DNA of 64,000 nucleotides from Candidatus Fervidifonticultor secundus (lineage in GTDB: Bacteria; Sysuimicrobiota; Sysuimicrobiia; Sysuimicrobiales; Humicultoraceae): positions 1-64,000 of the forward strand of contig JAVKIP010000010.1 of the NCBI GenBank assembly GCA_031459385.1, in the 5' to 3' direction. This document shows positions 30,181 to 41,648 of this stretch, in pieces (the stretch's first letter is position 1; each line of letters begins with the position of its first letter). The position numbers and the translations under genes were made by a program. The notes beneath the pieces were generated by a model that was given only the letters and a program-made list of their open reading frames with translations, had not been told where the DNA came from and did not search any database.

Positions 30181-30814
30181 CTGCCGGGCTCCGGGAGGCG
30201 GCCGGCCGTGCGTACAGCTGGCGCTTGCGGATGTAGGCCTCGACGGCCTCGGGGACCAGGTAGGCGATCGGCCGTCCCGACCGCACCCGCGCCCGGATGT
30301 CGGTGGAGGAGATGGCCAGCGCAGGGACCTCTATCACCATCACGTTGTCGAGCGTGCGGCCGGTGCTGTTGCTGCGGCGCAGCGTCTCCAGGTCCAGCGA
30401 GTAGCCGGGTCGCGTCGCGGCGATGAAGCGACACAGGCCCAGCAGGGCGTCCGACTGCGCCCACTCGCCGCGGAGGATCTGCAGGATGGCGTCGGCGCCG
30501 GTGATGTAGTAGAGGTCGGCATCGGGGTGGCGCGCGGCCAGGGTGCGGATCGTGTCGATCGTGTAGGAGGCGCCCGGCCGGTCGATCTCGATCCGCGACG
30601 CGCTGAACGCCGGGTGCGAGACCGTCGCCAGGAAGGTCATCAGGTAGCGGTCCTCGGGATCGGTAACGTCGGCAGGATCCTTGTGCGGCGGGTGCCGGTT
30701 GGGGACGAACAGCACCTCATCGAGGCTGAACTGCGCACGGGCCTCTTCGGCGGTCACCAGGTGCCCGTAGTGAATCGGATCGAAGGTGCCGCCCATGACA
30801 CCGAGTTTGATCAC
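30173..30814 (-). CDS. nadD: Nicotinate-nucleotide adenylyltransferase
   Basis: GGTFDPIHYGH, SYTIDT, ITGAD, ISSTDIR. Confidence 0.97.
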   Translation of the reverse strand: MIKLGVMGGTFDPIHYGHLVTAEEARAQFSLDEVLFVPNRHPPHKDPADVTDPEDRYLMTFLATVSHPAFSASRIEIDRPGASYTIDTIRTLAARHPDADLYYITGADAILQILRGEWAQSDALLGLCRFIAATRPGYSLDLETLRRSNSTGRTLDNVMVIEVPALAISSTDIRARVRSGRPIAYLVPEAVEAYIRKRQLYARPAASRSPAGA

Positions 30815-30854
30815 GCCGACCGACCACACCTCCCGCGCGCGTCGCAGGCGCGCT

Positions 30855-31970
<1,116 letters not shown>

Positions 31971-32231
31971 TCAGGCCGGCGTGGGGTAGACGCTGACCCG
32001 CCGCCCGTCGCGGCCGTGCCGCTCGAACGCCACCACCCCGTCGACGAGCGCAAACAGCGTGTCGTCACGGCCACGGCCGACGTTTGGCCCCGGGAAGATT
32101 TTCGTGCCGCGCTGTCGCACCAGCACGTACCCCGCGCGGACCACCTGGCCGGCGAACCGCTTGACGCCCAGGCGCTTGCTGCGCGAATCGCGCCCGTTCC
32201 GGCTGCTGCCGACGCCTTTCTTGGATGCCAT
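31971..32231 (-). CDS. rpmA: 50S ribosomal protein L27
   Basis: [28 protein letters not shown]. Confidence 0.99.
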   Translation of the reverse strand: MASKKGVGSSRNGRDSRSKRLGVKRFAGQVVRAGYVLVRQRGTKIFPGPNVGRGRDDTLFALVDGVVAFERHGRDGRRVSVYPTPA

Positions 32232-32247
32232 GGCAACCCCTCCGTCC

Positions 32248-32556
32248 CTACCCCGCGATCTTCTCGATGCGCACTTCCGTGAAGTCTTGCCGGTGGCCGG
32301 TCTTGCGGCGGTAGTGAGACTTGGCCTTGAACTTCACCACCATGAGCTTGCGCCCGCGCCCTTGCCGCACGACCCGCGCCTCGACCCGCGCGCCGGCTAC
32401 GAGCGGCGTGCCGACACGCACGGCCTCCCCGCCGACCAGCAGCACCCGGTCGAACGTCACGAGCGCCCCGGGCGCGGCCTCCAGCCGCTCCACGCGTACC
32501 ACATCGCCCTCCCGGACGGTCAGTTGCTTGCCGCCCGTTTCGATCACCGCGTACAC
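32248..32556 (-). CDS. rplU: 50S ribosomal protein L21
   Basis: [25 protein letters not shown]. Confidence 0.98.
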   Translation of the reverse strand: MYAVIETGGKQLTVREGDVVRVERLEAAPGALVTFDRVLLVGGEAVRVGTPLVAGARVEARVVRQGRGRKLMVVKFKAKSHYRRKTGHRQDFTEVRIEKIAG

Positions 32557-32587
32557 GCCGCCACCTCCGCGCGCCCGCGCGCTCACA

Positions 32588-32653
32588 GCGGTTCAGGCCC
32601 ACACCCCGCGGGCAGCCTGCGCTCGGGGAGCGGGCCTGACCGCCGCTATGGTA
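32588..32653 (-). promoter_or_regulatory. rplU promoter (-10 TACCAT) and structured 5' leader
   Basis: Nested pairings GCGGT/ACCGC, CAGGCCC/GGGCCTG, CCCCG/CGGGG between the -10 and the RBS. Confidence 0.5.
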
Positions 32654-32761
32654 GCACGCCCTGCAGGCGGGGGCAACCTGCGGGCGCGCGGGGCTCCGCG
32701 CGCGTGTCGCCCGGGCGCCCTGCGCGGCCCGTACGCGATTGTGCCCCGGCACCGCACGGGG

Positions 32762-34450
32762 CTACGATCCGTTGCGTCCCAGCAGCCGACGCAGCACGCG
32801 GGCGACGAGCCTATCCCGCCGCGGGGCCTCGCCGCCGGCCGTCGTTACCCCCGCGGCGGTGCCGGCCGCCATGGCCAGCGCGAGGTCGTAGGCCGGATCC
32901 CGATCGGCCAGCGAGAGCACTTCCCCGGGCTCGCGGTCAACCCAGAACTGCAACCGCCGCGCCGCTGCGCCGGCTTCCAGGTCGTCGAGCCGGTCGCCCT
33001 CCAGGACGTTGAGGCGCTCGATGTGCAGGCCCTCCCGGCCCTTCACGCGCAACCGGCGGCCGTGCGCCTCTTCCAGCGCCCGCAGCCACCCGGCGCCGTC
33101 GCGGAACAGCGCGCCCGCGACCTGGGGATGCACCTCGACCAGGATGGCGGCGGCCTTACTGGTGCGGGCCAGCTTGCGGAGTTCGCGCCGCACGCGCATG
33201 GCCATCGTCTCCGCCGCGATGACCCGCCCCCGCCCTTCGCAGTACGGGCAGGGCGTGCGCATGATCTCCTCCAGGTCCTGGTAGACGCGCTTGCGGGTGA
33301 TCTCGACCAGGCCCAGCGCGGTCAGGTCGATGATATGGAGCCTGGCCCGGTCGCGCTGGGCCGCCCGGTGGAGGGCGTCCAGCACCTGCTGGCGGTGCTC
33401 CTCCTTCTCCATGTCGATGAAGTCCACCAGGATGATGCCCCCGAGGTCGCGCAGCATGATCTGACGGATGATCTCGTCGACGGCCTCCAGGTTCGTCCTG
33501 AGAATGGTGCTGGCCAGGTCGGTCTTCCCCACGTACTTGCCGGTGTTGACGTCGATGACGGTCAGCGCCTCGGTGCGGTCGAAGACGATGTGGCCGCCGG
33601 ACTTCAACCACACCCGCCGCCGCAGTGCCCGGTCGATCTCGCGCTCGATGCCGAACTTCTCGAAGACCGGCTCGGGCTCGCGGTAGAGGACCAGCCGGTC
33701 CTTCAGGTGCGGGGCGAACGAGCCGAGCAGGTCCGCGATGCGCGAGAACTCCTCCGGCGAGTCCACCACGAACCGGTCGACCTCGTCGGTGAACAGGTCG
33801 CGGACGATCCGGCGGATGAGGCGCAGGTCCTGGTAGATCAGGGCGGGCGCGCGCTGCTGGCGGGCGCGCTCCAGCACCCGCTGCCAGAGCTGCTGCAGGA
33901 AGGCCACGTCGTCGGCCAGCATGGCCTCGGTGGCACCCTCGGCCGCCGTGCGGACGATGACGCCCATGCCGTCGGGCCGGACCCGGTCGGCGATCTGCCG
34001 CAGGCGCTTGCGCTCGGCCTCGCTGGTGATGCGCCGGCTCACGCCCACGTAGTTGACGGTGGGCATGAGCACCAGGTAGTGGGCGGGCAACGCCAGGTAC
34101 GTCGTGACCCGGGCGCCCTTGCTGCCCATGGGCTCCTTGGTGACCTGGACCAGGATCTCCTGACCGGGCCGCAGCCGTTCGGTGATGACGCCCTTGCCCA
34201 GGGGCGCTTCCAGCTCCTCGCCGTCCAGCCGCTGGGCGCGGATGTCGTCGACGTGGAGGAAGGCGTTGCGCTCGAGCCCGATGTCGATGAAGGCCGCCTC
34301 CATCCCGGGCAGGACGTTCGTCACCCGTCCCTTGTAGATGTTGCCAGCCACCGGCTCGGAACGCTCGATGAACAGATTGACCAGGACGCCGTCTTCCAGG
34401 ACGGCCACGCGGACTTCGACGTCTTCGATGTTGGCGATGATCTCCCTCAT
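32762..34450 (-). CDS. Rne/Rng family ribonuclease
   Basis: GNIYKGRV S1 domain, QVTKEP..KGAR, IDVNTG, GGIILVDFIDM, CPYC Zn link. Confidence 0.95.
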   Translation of the reverse strand: MREIIANIEDVEVRVAVLEDGVLVNLFIERSEPVAGNIYKGRVTNVLPGMEAAFIDIGLERNAFLHVDDIRAQRLDGEELEAPLGKGVITERLRPGQEILVQVTKEPMGSKGARVTTYLALPAHYLVLMPTVNYVGVSRRITSEAERKRLRQIADRVRPDGMGVIVRTAAEGATEAMLADDVAFLQQLWQRVLERARQQRAPALIYQDLRLIRRIVRDLFTDEVDRFVVDSPEEFSRIADLLGSFAPHLKDRLVLYREPEPVFEKFGIEREIDRALRRRVWLKSGGHIVFDRTEALTVIDVNTGKYVGKTDLASTILRTNLEAVDEIIRQIMLRDLGGIILVDFIDMEKEEHRQQVLDALHRAAQRDRARLHIIDLTALGLVEITRKRVYQDLEEIMRTPCPYCEGRGRVIAAETMAMRVRRELRKLARTSKAAAILVEVHPQVAGALFRDGAGWLRALEEAHGRRLRVKGREGLHIERLNVLEGDRLDDLEAGAAARRLQFWVDREPGEVLSLADRDPAYDLALAMAAGTAAGVTTAGGEAPRRDRLVARVLRRLLGRNGS

Positions 34451-34528
34451 GCTCGACTCCTCATGCGGGACCCTCGCGCTCGCGGCGCCGCACCGCGTGC
34501 CCGCCGCCGGGCGCCCCGGGCCTACCGG

Positions 34529-35620
34529 CTAGCGCGCCCCCCGCGCCTGGACCCGGATGCCCAGCAGCAGACCGGTACCGGCCAGCGTGGTCAGCAGCGA
34601 GGTTCCCCCGTAGCTCAACAGCGGCAGGGGAATACCGGTGACCGGCAACAGGCCCACCGTCATCCCAATGTTCACCACGACGTGAAACGCCACCATGGTG
34701 GCGATGCCCGTCGCGATCAGCCCGCCCAGGCGGTCGCGCGCCCCGGCGGCGATGGCGAGCGCCCGCCACAGCCAGATCCCATAGAGCACCAGCAGCACCG
34801 TGGCCCCCAGCAGCCCCAGTTCCTCGCCCACGACGGTGAAGATGAAGTCGGTGTGCTGCTCGGGGATGAACCGCAGCACGTTCTGCGTGCCGGCGAACAG
34901 GCCTTTGCCAAAAAGCTGGCCCGACCCGACTGCGATCTTGGCCTGGATCACCGCGTACCCGGCGCCGAGCGGGTCGGCCTGGGGGTCGAGGAACGCCAGC
35001 AGCCGTCGACGCTGGTAGTCGTGCAGGGCGCCCCACAGGAAGGGCAGCAGCGCCGTGGCCCCGGCCGCGGCCGCCGCCAGATCGACCGGGCGGGCGCCAG
35101 CCACGTAGAGCATGCTGGCCAGAATCGCGAGCAGCACCAGAGCAGTGCCGAGGTCGGGCTGGCGGACGATGAGCAACGTCGGCACCGCCACGTGCGCCGC
35201 GTAGGGGACCAGCGCCAGCAGCCGGGGCAGGGCGCGCGCCGCGTCCAGGTGGCGCGCCAGCGTGATGACCACCACCAGCTTCGCCATCTCGGACGGCTGC
35301 ACGCTGCCCAGCGGCCCCAGCCCGATCCACCGCTGCGCGCCGAGCCGGCTGTCGCCCGCGACCAGCACCGCCGCCAGCGCCAGCAGCGTCGCGGCATAGA
35401 GCAGCGGGGCCAGGGCCGCCAGGCGACGGTAGTCGACCTGCATCGCGACCACCAGCGCCACCGCGCCGGCCGCGAGGTGCAGCGCGCGGCCGCGCAGCAA
35501 CACCGCCGCGCCGGGCGCGCCATGCGTGGCCGAGACGAGCACCACCACGCCGTAGGCCGCGAGCAGCACGGTGGTCGCCACCAGGGGCCAGTCGATCTCG
35601 CGCGCCCAGGGGGGCCTCAC
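34529..35620 (-). CDS. rodA: Rod shape-determining SEDS protein
   Basis: GAQRWI, QPSEMAK, QPDLGT, PEQHTDFIF, PLLSYGG; GTGA overlap with mrdA. Confidence 0.95.
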   Translation of the reverse strand: MRPPWAREIDWPLVATTVLLAAYGVVVLVSATHGAPGAAVLLRGRALHLAAGAVALVVAMQVDYRRLAALAPLLYAATLLALAAVLVAGDSRLGAQRWIGLGPLGSVQPSEMAKLVVVITLARHLDAARALPRLLALVPYAAHVAVPTLLIVRQPDLGTALVLLAILASMLYVAGARPVDLAAAAAGATALLPFLWGALHDYQRRRLLAFLDPQADPLGAGYAVIQAKIAVGSGQLFGKGLFAGTQNVLRFIPEQHTDFIFTVVGEELGLLGATVLLVLYGIWLWRALAIAAGARDRLGGLIATGIATMVAFHVVVNIGMTVGLLPVTGIPLPLLSYGGTSLLTTLAGTGLLLGIRVQARGAR

Positions 35621-37380
35621 GGCCGGCTCACCTCCGCGGAGGTCGCCAGGAGCGTCTGGGAGGCTGCGGCGAACACCGCGCGGGCGATGGGCGCGGCAGC
35701 CTCGCCGCCTCGCCGCCCGTGCTCGACGAAGACCACCACGACCAGGGCGGGCCGGTCGGCCGGCGCGTACCCCACGAACCAGGCGTGCGGGATCCCGCGC
35801 GGGTTCTCGGCGCTGCCGGTCTTGCCGGCAATGGCCAGCCCGGGCACCCTCGCCGCCGCGCCGGTGCCGCCATCGACGACCGCGCGCAGCCCTTCGTGCA
35901 TCGTCCGGAGGGCCGACGGCGGGAGCGCCGCGCGGCCAGTCACTTGAGGGGCTGGCTCGGCCACCACCCGGCCGCTCGGGGTGAGGATCCGGCGCAGGAG
36001 CCGCGGACGAACCAGGGTGCCGTCGGTCGCCACCGCCGCCATCAGCCGCGCGATCTGGAGGGGCGTCACCAGCACCCAGCCCTGGCCGATGCTCATGTTG
36101 AGCGTGTCGCCCGGATACCAGGGCTCTTTCCACACCCGCTGCTTCCACGCCGCGCTGGGAACGAGGCCGGCCGCCTCGGCGGGCAGATCGATCCCGGTCG
36201 GCTGGCCCAGCCCCAGCATGGTGGCGTAGCGATACAGCCGCTCTTCACCCACGGCCCGGCCGAGGGTCCAGAACATCACGTTGCACGAGACCGCGGTGCC
36301 TCGAATGAAGTTCACGGTGCCATACGCCGCAAGGTCGCGGAAGACCCACCCGCCGAGCCTCAGCGCGCCCGTGCAGTGGAACAGGCTGTCGCGCGTGGCC
36401 ACGCCCTCTGCCAGCGCCGCGAGGCCGGTGACGATCTTGAACACGGAGCCCGGCTCGTAGGTCCCCTCGGTCGCCCGGTTCAGCAGCGGCAGATGGCGGT
36501 CGGCGGTCAACCGGCGCCAGGCAGGCGGGCTGATGCCGCCCGCGAAGAGCGCCGGGTCGTACGTCGGACGGCTGACCAGCACCAGGATCTCGCCGGTGCG
36601 CGGATCCATGGCGACGACCACGCCCGTGCGCGCTCCGAGCGCCTGCTCCGCCACCGCCTGCAGGTCGGCGTCGAGGGTCAGCACGAGCGACTGGCCCGGC
36701 CGTGCGGTCTCGCGGCTCAGGACCCGCATCGGCCGCCCTGCCGCGTCCACCTCCACGCGCAGGCGGCCCGCTTCCCCGCGCAGCACCGCGTCGTACGTGC
36801 GCTCGATACCGGTCTTGCCGATGAGATCCCCGGCACGATAGCCGGGCCGCGTGCGCAATTCGTCTTCGGCGATCTCGCCCAGATAGCCGAAGACGTGGGC
36901 TCCGTAGGTGCCTAGCAGGTAGTCGCGGACCGGCTCGGCCTGCACCACGACACCCGGCAGGTCCAGGCGCTGTTCCTCCACGGTGATCACCGCGGTCTTG
37001 TCGGCATCGCGCCGCAACGGAACGGGCTCGAACGGGCGCCGGCGACCGGCGTCGATGCGCGCTGTGATGTCCTGCGGCTCGAGCCCGACCAGCGGCGCCA
37101 GCCGCTCGGCCAGACGCCCGGGCTCCTTGACCTCCATGGGCAGCACGCTGATGGTGAACGCCGCCCGATTGGTCACCAGGGGGCGGCCTTTGCGGTCGTA
37201 GAGCACGCCCCGCGGAGCCGGCACCACGTAGTCGCGCAACCGGTTCTGCTCCGACAGGCGCAGGTACATCGGCCCCTGGAGGGCCTGCATCACCCACAGA
37301 CGGCCCTCGATGAGCACCAGGAGCGCCAGGAGCGCGGCACCCAGGCGGACGACGCGCTGGCTCCACAGCGGCGGGGTCAT
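35617..37380 (-). CDS. mrdA: Penicillin-binding protein 2
   Basis: APRG, GSVFK (SxxK), SCN, KTG. Confidence 0.94.
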   Translation of the reverse strand: MTPPLWSQRVVRLGAALLALLVLIEGRLWVMQALQGPMYLRLSEQNRLRDYVVPAPRGVLYDRKGRPLVTNRAAFTISVLPMEVKEPGRLAERLAPLVGLEPQDITARIDAGRRRPFEPVPLRRDADKTAVITVEEQRLDLPGVVVQAEPVRDYLLGTYGAHVFGYLGEIAEDELRTRPGYRAGDLIGKTGIERTYDAVLRGEAGRLRVEVDAAGRPMRVLSRETARPGQSLVLTLDADLQAVAEQALGARTGVVVAMDPRTGEILVLVSRPTYDPALFAGGISPPAWRRLTADRHLPLLNRATEGTYEPGSVFKIVTGLAALAEGVATRDSLFHCTGALRLGGWVFRDLAAYGTVNFIRGTAVSCNVMFWTLGRAVGEERLYRYATMLGLGQPTGIDLPAEAAGLVPSAAWKQRVWKEPWYPGDTLNMSIGQGWVLVTPLQIARLMAAVATDGTLVRPRLLRRILTPSGRVVAEPAPQVTGRAALPPSALRTMHEGLRAVVDGGTGAAARVPGLAIAGKTGSAENPRGIPHAWFVGYAPADRPALVVVVFVEHGRRGGEAAAPIARAVFAAASQTLLATSAEVSRP

Positions 37381-37901
37381 CGCACCCCCCGGAAGGGCAG
37401 CGCCCGCGCCGGGTAGGACCGCCGGCCCGCGCGCTCGGCCCACCTGAGCAGTGTGTCCACCGGCCGCGCAAGCAGGGCGTTCACCGCGGCACCCGCGGTG
37501 AGCTGCCAGCCTATCTGCGGCCACGGCGCCGGGCCCAGGCCGGCCAGCAACAGGATTCCGGTGCCCACTGCCGTCACCAGCAGCGTTGCGGCCACGGCGG
37601 TCACCACCGGCCCGGTGGGCTGATCGTAGTCCAGGCTCGCCATGACCGCGCCAGCCGCGGTACCCACCACGAGGTAGGCGAGCATATACACCCCCAGCGG
37701 GCTGCCGGCCACGAGGTCACGCAGGTAGCCGGCCACCGCGCCCGCCAGCGCGCCCTGGACGACGCCCTGGCGGACGCCGGTGGTGACGACGAGCAGCAGC
37801 AGCACGTCTGGTGGCGCCGGCAGCGGGAGCCGCGAGAGCCACGCGCCGTCGATCGCCGCAGCCAGCGCCAGCAGCACGCCGAGCAGCAGGGGCCGCCGCA
37901 T
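37377..37901 (-). CDS. mreD: Rod shape-determining protein MreD
   Basis: Hydrophobic; PDVLL, GYLRDL; located between mreC and mrdA. Confidence 0.88.
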   Translation of the reverse strand: MRRPLLLGVLLALAAAIDGAWLSRLPLPAPPDVLLLLVVTTGVRQGVVQGALAGAVAGYLRDLVAGSPLGVYMLAYLVVGTAAGAVMASLDYDQPTGPVVTAVAATLLVTAVGTGILLLAGLGPAPWPQIGWQLTAGAAVNALLARPVDTLLRWAERAGRRSYPARALPFRGVR

Positions 37902-37906
37902 CGCCG

Positions 37907-38779
37907 TCACCGGTCGGCGCCGCCCTCGATGAGGATCAGCACCTCCTCTAGGTGGTCGAGGCTGACCGCCGGCCGGATCAGGGCCTCCTGGTAGAGCGCG
38001 GCCTGCTCGCGGATCACGGAGACGACCGTCCCCACCGGGATGCCGCGCGGGAAGAGCCCGGTGTGCCCCGAGGTCACGACGGCCTCGCCCAGGGGAATCT
38101 CCCGTGCCCGGGAGATGTACTTGAGCCGGAGCAGGCCCTGCCCCTGTCCCTCGACGACGCCGGCCTCCCGCGACTGCTGCAGGACCGCGCCGACGGCGCT
38201 GCGCGGATCGGAGACGAGCAGCACCTGCGCGGTGCTGGCCGTCACGGTCAGCACCCGGCCCACGAGCCCCTCGGCCGCCACCACCGGGTCGTTGCGGCGC
38301 ACGCCGTCGCGCAACCCGCGGTCGACGAGGACGACGGAGAACCACGCACGGCTGTCCCGGCCGATCACGCGCGCGCCCAGCGCCCGCCCGGGCAGCTGCT
38401 GCCGGAACGCCAGGAGGCGCTCGAGCCGTTGCGTCGCCTGCGCCTGCTCGCGCAGCCGGCCCATCTCGCCCGAGAGGCGCTCGACCTCCTCGCGCAGCCG
38501 GGTGTTCTCGGCCCGCAGGCGACCGATCTCGGTGTAGAGGCGCCAGAACCGTACTACGGCGTCGGCGCCGCGCGCCAGCACGCCCTGCGCTGGCGCCAGC
38601 ACGCCCAGGACCAGCGTGCTCAGCGGCCCGACGGCCCGTCGGTCGGGGCGGCGCACCTGGGAGGTGACGAGCACCATCGCCGCCAGGAGCAGGGCGGCCA
38701 CGACGAGCCAGCGCCGCCGCACATCGGACGCGCGCGTCAGGACCGTGCGGTGAACTGTCGATGCCACCCGTGCCTCCAC
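37907..38779 (-). CDS. mreC: Rod shape-determining protein MreC
   Basis: TM, coiled coil (LRAENTRLR), GLVGRV, VVTSG..FPRGIPVG. Confidence 0.94.
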   Translation of the reverse strand: MEARVASTVHRTVLTRASDVRRRWLVVAALLLAAMVLVTSQVRRPDRRAVGPLSTLVLGVLAPAQGVLARGADAVVRFWRLYTEIGRLRAENTRLREEVERLSGEMGRLREQAQATQRLERLLAFRQQLPGRALGARVIGRDSRAWFSVVLVDRGLRDGVRRNDPVVAAEGLVGRVLTVTASTAQVLLVSDPRSAVGAVLQQSREAGVVEGQGQGLLRLKYISRAREIPLGEAVVTSGHTGLFPRGIPVGTVVSVIREQAALYQEALIRPAVSLDHLEEVLILIEGGADR

Positions 38780-38798
38780 CGCGCCTCGTGCTGCTAGC

Positions 38799-39833
38799 TC
38801 ACGAGCGCTTGGACGTGATCAGCACTTTCTTGAGGACCTCGATCTCCTCCAGCGCCCGGCCCGTGCCCATCACCACCGCGGCCAGGGGATCCTCGGTGAC
38901 CGTGACGGGCATACCCGTCTCCTCTGCCAGGAGGCGGTCCATCCCGCGCAGCAGCGACCCGCCGCCCGCCATGACGATGCCCCGCTCGAAGATGTCGGCG
39001 GCCAGTTCGGGCGGGGTGCGCTCCAGCGTCTGCTTGACGGCGTCGACGATCTGCTGCACGGGCTCCGCCATGGCCTCGCGGATCTCCGCGCTGGTCAGGC
39101 GCACGGTGCGGGGCAGGCCCGAGACGAGGTCGCGCCCGCGGATGTCCACGGCACGCTCGTCGCGGTCGGGGAACGCGGAGCCGATGGCGATCTTGATCTC
39201 TTCCGCCGACCGCTCGCCGATGAGCAGGTTGTACGCGCGGCGCGCGTACTGGATGATCGCCTCGTCCATCTCGTCCCCGCCGACCCGGATCGAGCGGCTG
39301 GTGACGATCCCGCCCAGGGCAATCACCGCCACCTCCGTGGTCCCCCCGCCGATGTCGACGACCATGCTGCCCACGGGCTCGGACACCGGCAGGCCCGCGC
39401 CGATGGCGGCAGCCATGGGCTCCTCGATCAGGTACGCGTCGCGGGCACCGGCCTGGATCGTGGCGTCGATCACCGCGCGCTTCTCCACTTCGGTGCAGCC
39501 GGAAGGGATTCCGACCACGACCCGGGGCCGAATCCACATGCGGCCGTTGGCCGCGCGCCGGATGAAGTAGGACAGCATCGCCGCGGTGGTATCGAAGTCG
39601 GCGATGACGCCGTCGCGCAGCGGCCGGGTGGCCACGATGTCCCCGGGCGTCCGGCCGAGCATGCGCTTGGCCTCCTCGCCCACGGCCAGCACCTGGCCGT
39701 CGTCGACCCGCTTGGCCACCACCGACGGCTCGCGGAGGACGATCCCCTGACGCCGCACGTAGACCAGGGTGTTGGCCGTCCCCAGGTCCACGCCCATGTC
39801 CCGCCCGAACCTGCCCAGCAACGCGTCCAGCAT
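38799..39833 (-). CDS. mreB: Rod shape-determining protein MreB
   Basis: [29 protein letters not shown]. Confidence 0.98.
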   Translation of the reverse strand: MLDALLGRFGRDMGVDLGTANTLVYVRRQGIVLREPSVVAKRVDDGQVLAVGEEAKRMLGRTPGDIVATRPLRDGVIADFDTTAAMLSYFIRRAANGRMWIRPRVVVGIPSGCTEVEKRAVIDATIQAGARDAYLIEEPMAAAIGAGLPVSEPVGSMVVDIGGGTTEVAVIALGGIVTSRSIRVGGDEMDEAIIQYARRAYNLLIGERSAEEIKIAIGSAFPDRDERAVDIRGRDLVSGLPRTVRLTSAEIREAMAEPVQQIVDAVKQTLERTPPELAADIFERGIVMAGGGSLLRGMDRLLAEETGMPVTVTEDPLAAVVMGTGRALEEIEVLKKVLITSKRS

Positions 39834-39890
39834 CCCCTCCGCCTCCTGGCGGGTCGAACCGGCCCGACGCCGGCTCCCCGGCCCCTGACT

Positions 39891-40598
39891 TCAGCGTACC
39901 CAACTCTCCCCGCCGAGCGCCCCACGTTCGCGCAGGCTCACGAAGCGCCCGTCGCCGATGATGACGTGGTCGAGCACCTCGATGCCTACCACCCGACCCG
40001 CCTGCTGCAGCCTGGCCGTGATGCGCAGGTCGTCGGCGCTCGGTTCCGGCTCCCCCGAGGGGTGATTGTGGACCAGGATCACGGCCGCCGCGCTGCGCCG
40101 GATCGCTTCCTTGAACACCTCCCGCGGGTGGATCGGGGCGGCATCGAGTCCCCCGACCGCCACCGCGGCCACCTCCAGCACCTCGTGGCGCGTGTTCAGG
40201 AGTATCGCCCGGAAGTGCTCGCGGTCCAGGTGACGCATCTGCGGACCTATCAACGCTGCCACGTCGCTGGGCGCCCGGATCGCCGGCCGCCGCGCCGGCG
40301 GGGCCGCGTGGAGGCGGCGGCCCAGCTCGAACGCCGCCAGCAGCCTGCAGGCGCGGGAGACGCCGATCCCGCTCTGCCTGGCCAGCTCCTCGGGCCGGGC
40401 CTGGCTGAGGGTCTCAAGCGACCCAAACGCACCCAGTAATGCCCCTGCCAGTTCTGCGGCGCTGGCGGCGCGGGTGCCGGTGCCCAGCAGCACCGCCAGC
40501 AACTCCGTGGCGGAGAGGCTGCCGGGGCCGGCGGAGAGCAGACGCTCCCGGGGCCGGTCTTCTGGCGGTAGCACCTTGACCGACACGCGATGCCCCAC
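39891..40598 (-). CDS. radC: RadC/JAB-domain protein
   Basis: DRPRERL, HPREVF, HNHPSG..PSADD, LDHVII. Confidence 0.94.
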   Translation of the reverse strand: MGHRVSVKVLPPEDRPRERLLSAGPGSLSATELLAVLLGTGTRAASAAELAGALLGAFGSLETLSQARPEELARQSGIGVSRACRLLAAFELGRRLHAAPPARRPAIRAPSDVAALIGPQMRHLDREHFRAILLNTRHEVLEVAAVAVGGLDAAPIHPREVFKEAIRRSAAAVILVHNHPSGEPEPSADDLRITARLQQAGRVVGIEVLDHVIIGDGRFVSLRERGALGGESWVR

Positions 40599-40671
40599 GG
40601 ACTCGCTCCAGACCTGGCGCGCTGGGGAAGGCGCAGGCGACCGCGCCGGGCCTGGGGAGCGCGGGGCGGTG

Positions 40672-41313
40672 CTACAGCGGAGGGACGCCTGCCGCGTCGA
40701 GCAGGCGTCCCAGCAGCGCCAGCGGGAGCCCGACAACGCCGAAGTAGTCTCCCTCCAACCGCTCCACGAACAGTGCCGCCCGGCCCTGAATTCCGTACGC
40801 CCCCGCTTTATCCATCGGTTCGCCGGTGGCGATATAGCGGAGGATCTCCTGCCGGCGCAGCGGCCGGAAGCATACCCGCGTCGCGGACGCGTCCACGAGC
40901 CAGGTGCCCTGGCGCGTGTGCGCCACGACCACAGCGGTTGTCACGTCGTGGGCGCGCCCGGAGAGCCGGCCGAGCATCTCCGCCGCCTCATCCGGCGAAC
41001 GGGGCTTCCCCAGCACCACCCCGTCGACGGCCACCATGGTATCGGCGGCGACGACGACCGCGTCCGGCCGCACTGCCGCGGCCAGGCGCGCCTTGTCCTC
41101 CGCGCGCCGCTGCGCCTGCGCCCGCACGGCCTCTGGGGTCCACTCCCCGCCGTCCGGACGGCCGGCGATCGTCCCCCACACCTCAACCTCGGTCCCGCCG
41201 GTCCACACCTCGAACGAAAGGCCGATCTGTCGCAGCAGGTCGGCCCGCCGCGGAGAGGCAGAGGCCAAGACCACCGCAGGCACTCCGCCGCGCACAGGAG
41301 CAGACTCGTTCAC
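40672..41313 (-). CDS. maf: Maf family nucleotide pyrophosphatase
   Basis: LASASPRR, ADT, LGKP, DKAGAYGIQG, VVGLP. Confidence 0.95.
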   Translation of the reverse strand: MNESAPVRGGVPAVVLASASPRRADLLRQIGLSFEVWTGGTEVEVWGTIAGRPDGGEWTPEAVRAQAQRRAEDKARLAAAVRPDAVVVAADTMVAVDGVVLGKPRSPDEAAEMLGRLSGRAHDVTTAVVVAHTRQGTWLVDASATRVCFRPLRRQEILRYIATGEPMDKAGAYGIQGRAALFVERLEGDYFGVVGLPLALLGRLLDAAGVPPL

Positions 41314-41345
41314 GCCAGCGCCAGTATACCGCCGGCTGTGTGCGC

Positions 41346-41606
41346 CTACAACAAGCGGTAGATCCAGACCGCGACGATGACCCCGAGCACCATGGCTAGG
41401 TTCAGGCGCACGACGCCCCCCAGCGTCATCTGTACCATGCGGAGGTTCACCGTGAAGGGTGGATCGATTCCGACGCGCACCTCGCGGGCCAGGAAGCCCA
41501 GGACGGGATAGCCTGCCACGGCTTCCGCCATGACGCTGCCCAGCAGCCCGCCGAAGAAGAGGATCACGATGAGCACCCACCAGGGGTTGCGGACGCGCCG
41601 GGCCAC
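41346..41606 (-). CDS. DUF4321-like small membrane protein
   Basis: Two TM segments; typical position upstream of maf. Confidence 0.75.
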   Translation of the reverse strand: MARRVRNPWWVLIVILFFGGLLGSVMAEAVAGYPVLGFLAREVRVGIDPPFTVNLRMVQMTLGGVVRLNLAMVLGVIVAVWIYRLL

Positions 41607-41648
41607 CCATCACCTCCGCCGACGGCCGGCACGACCGGTCACGGCAGG

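Noticed and set aside
32321..35947. 1208-aa plus-strand ORF and similar long ORFs (48257..50383, 61837..63642, 54745..56367)
   Set aside because: Antisense shadows of well-supported minus-strand genes in high-GC DNA; no motifs and biased composition.
39891..40598. RadC/JAB as a mobile-element or defence marker
   Set aside because: Full-length radC in the standard maf-radC-mreBCD housekeeping context.
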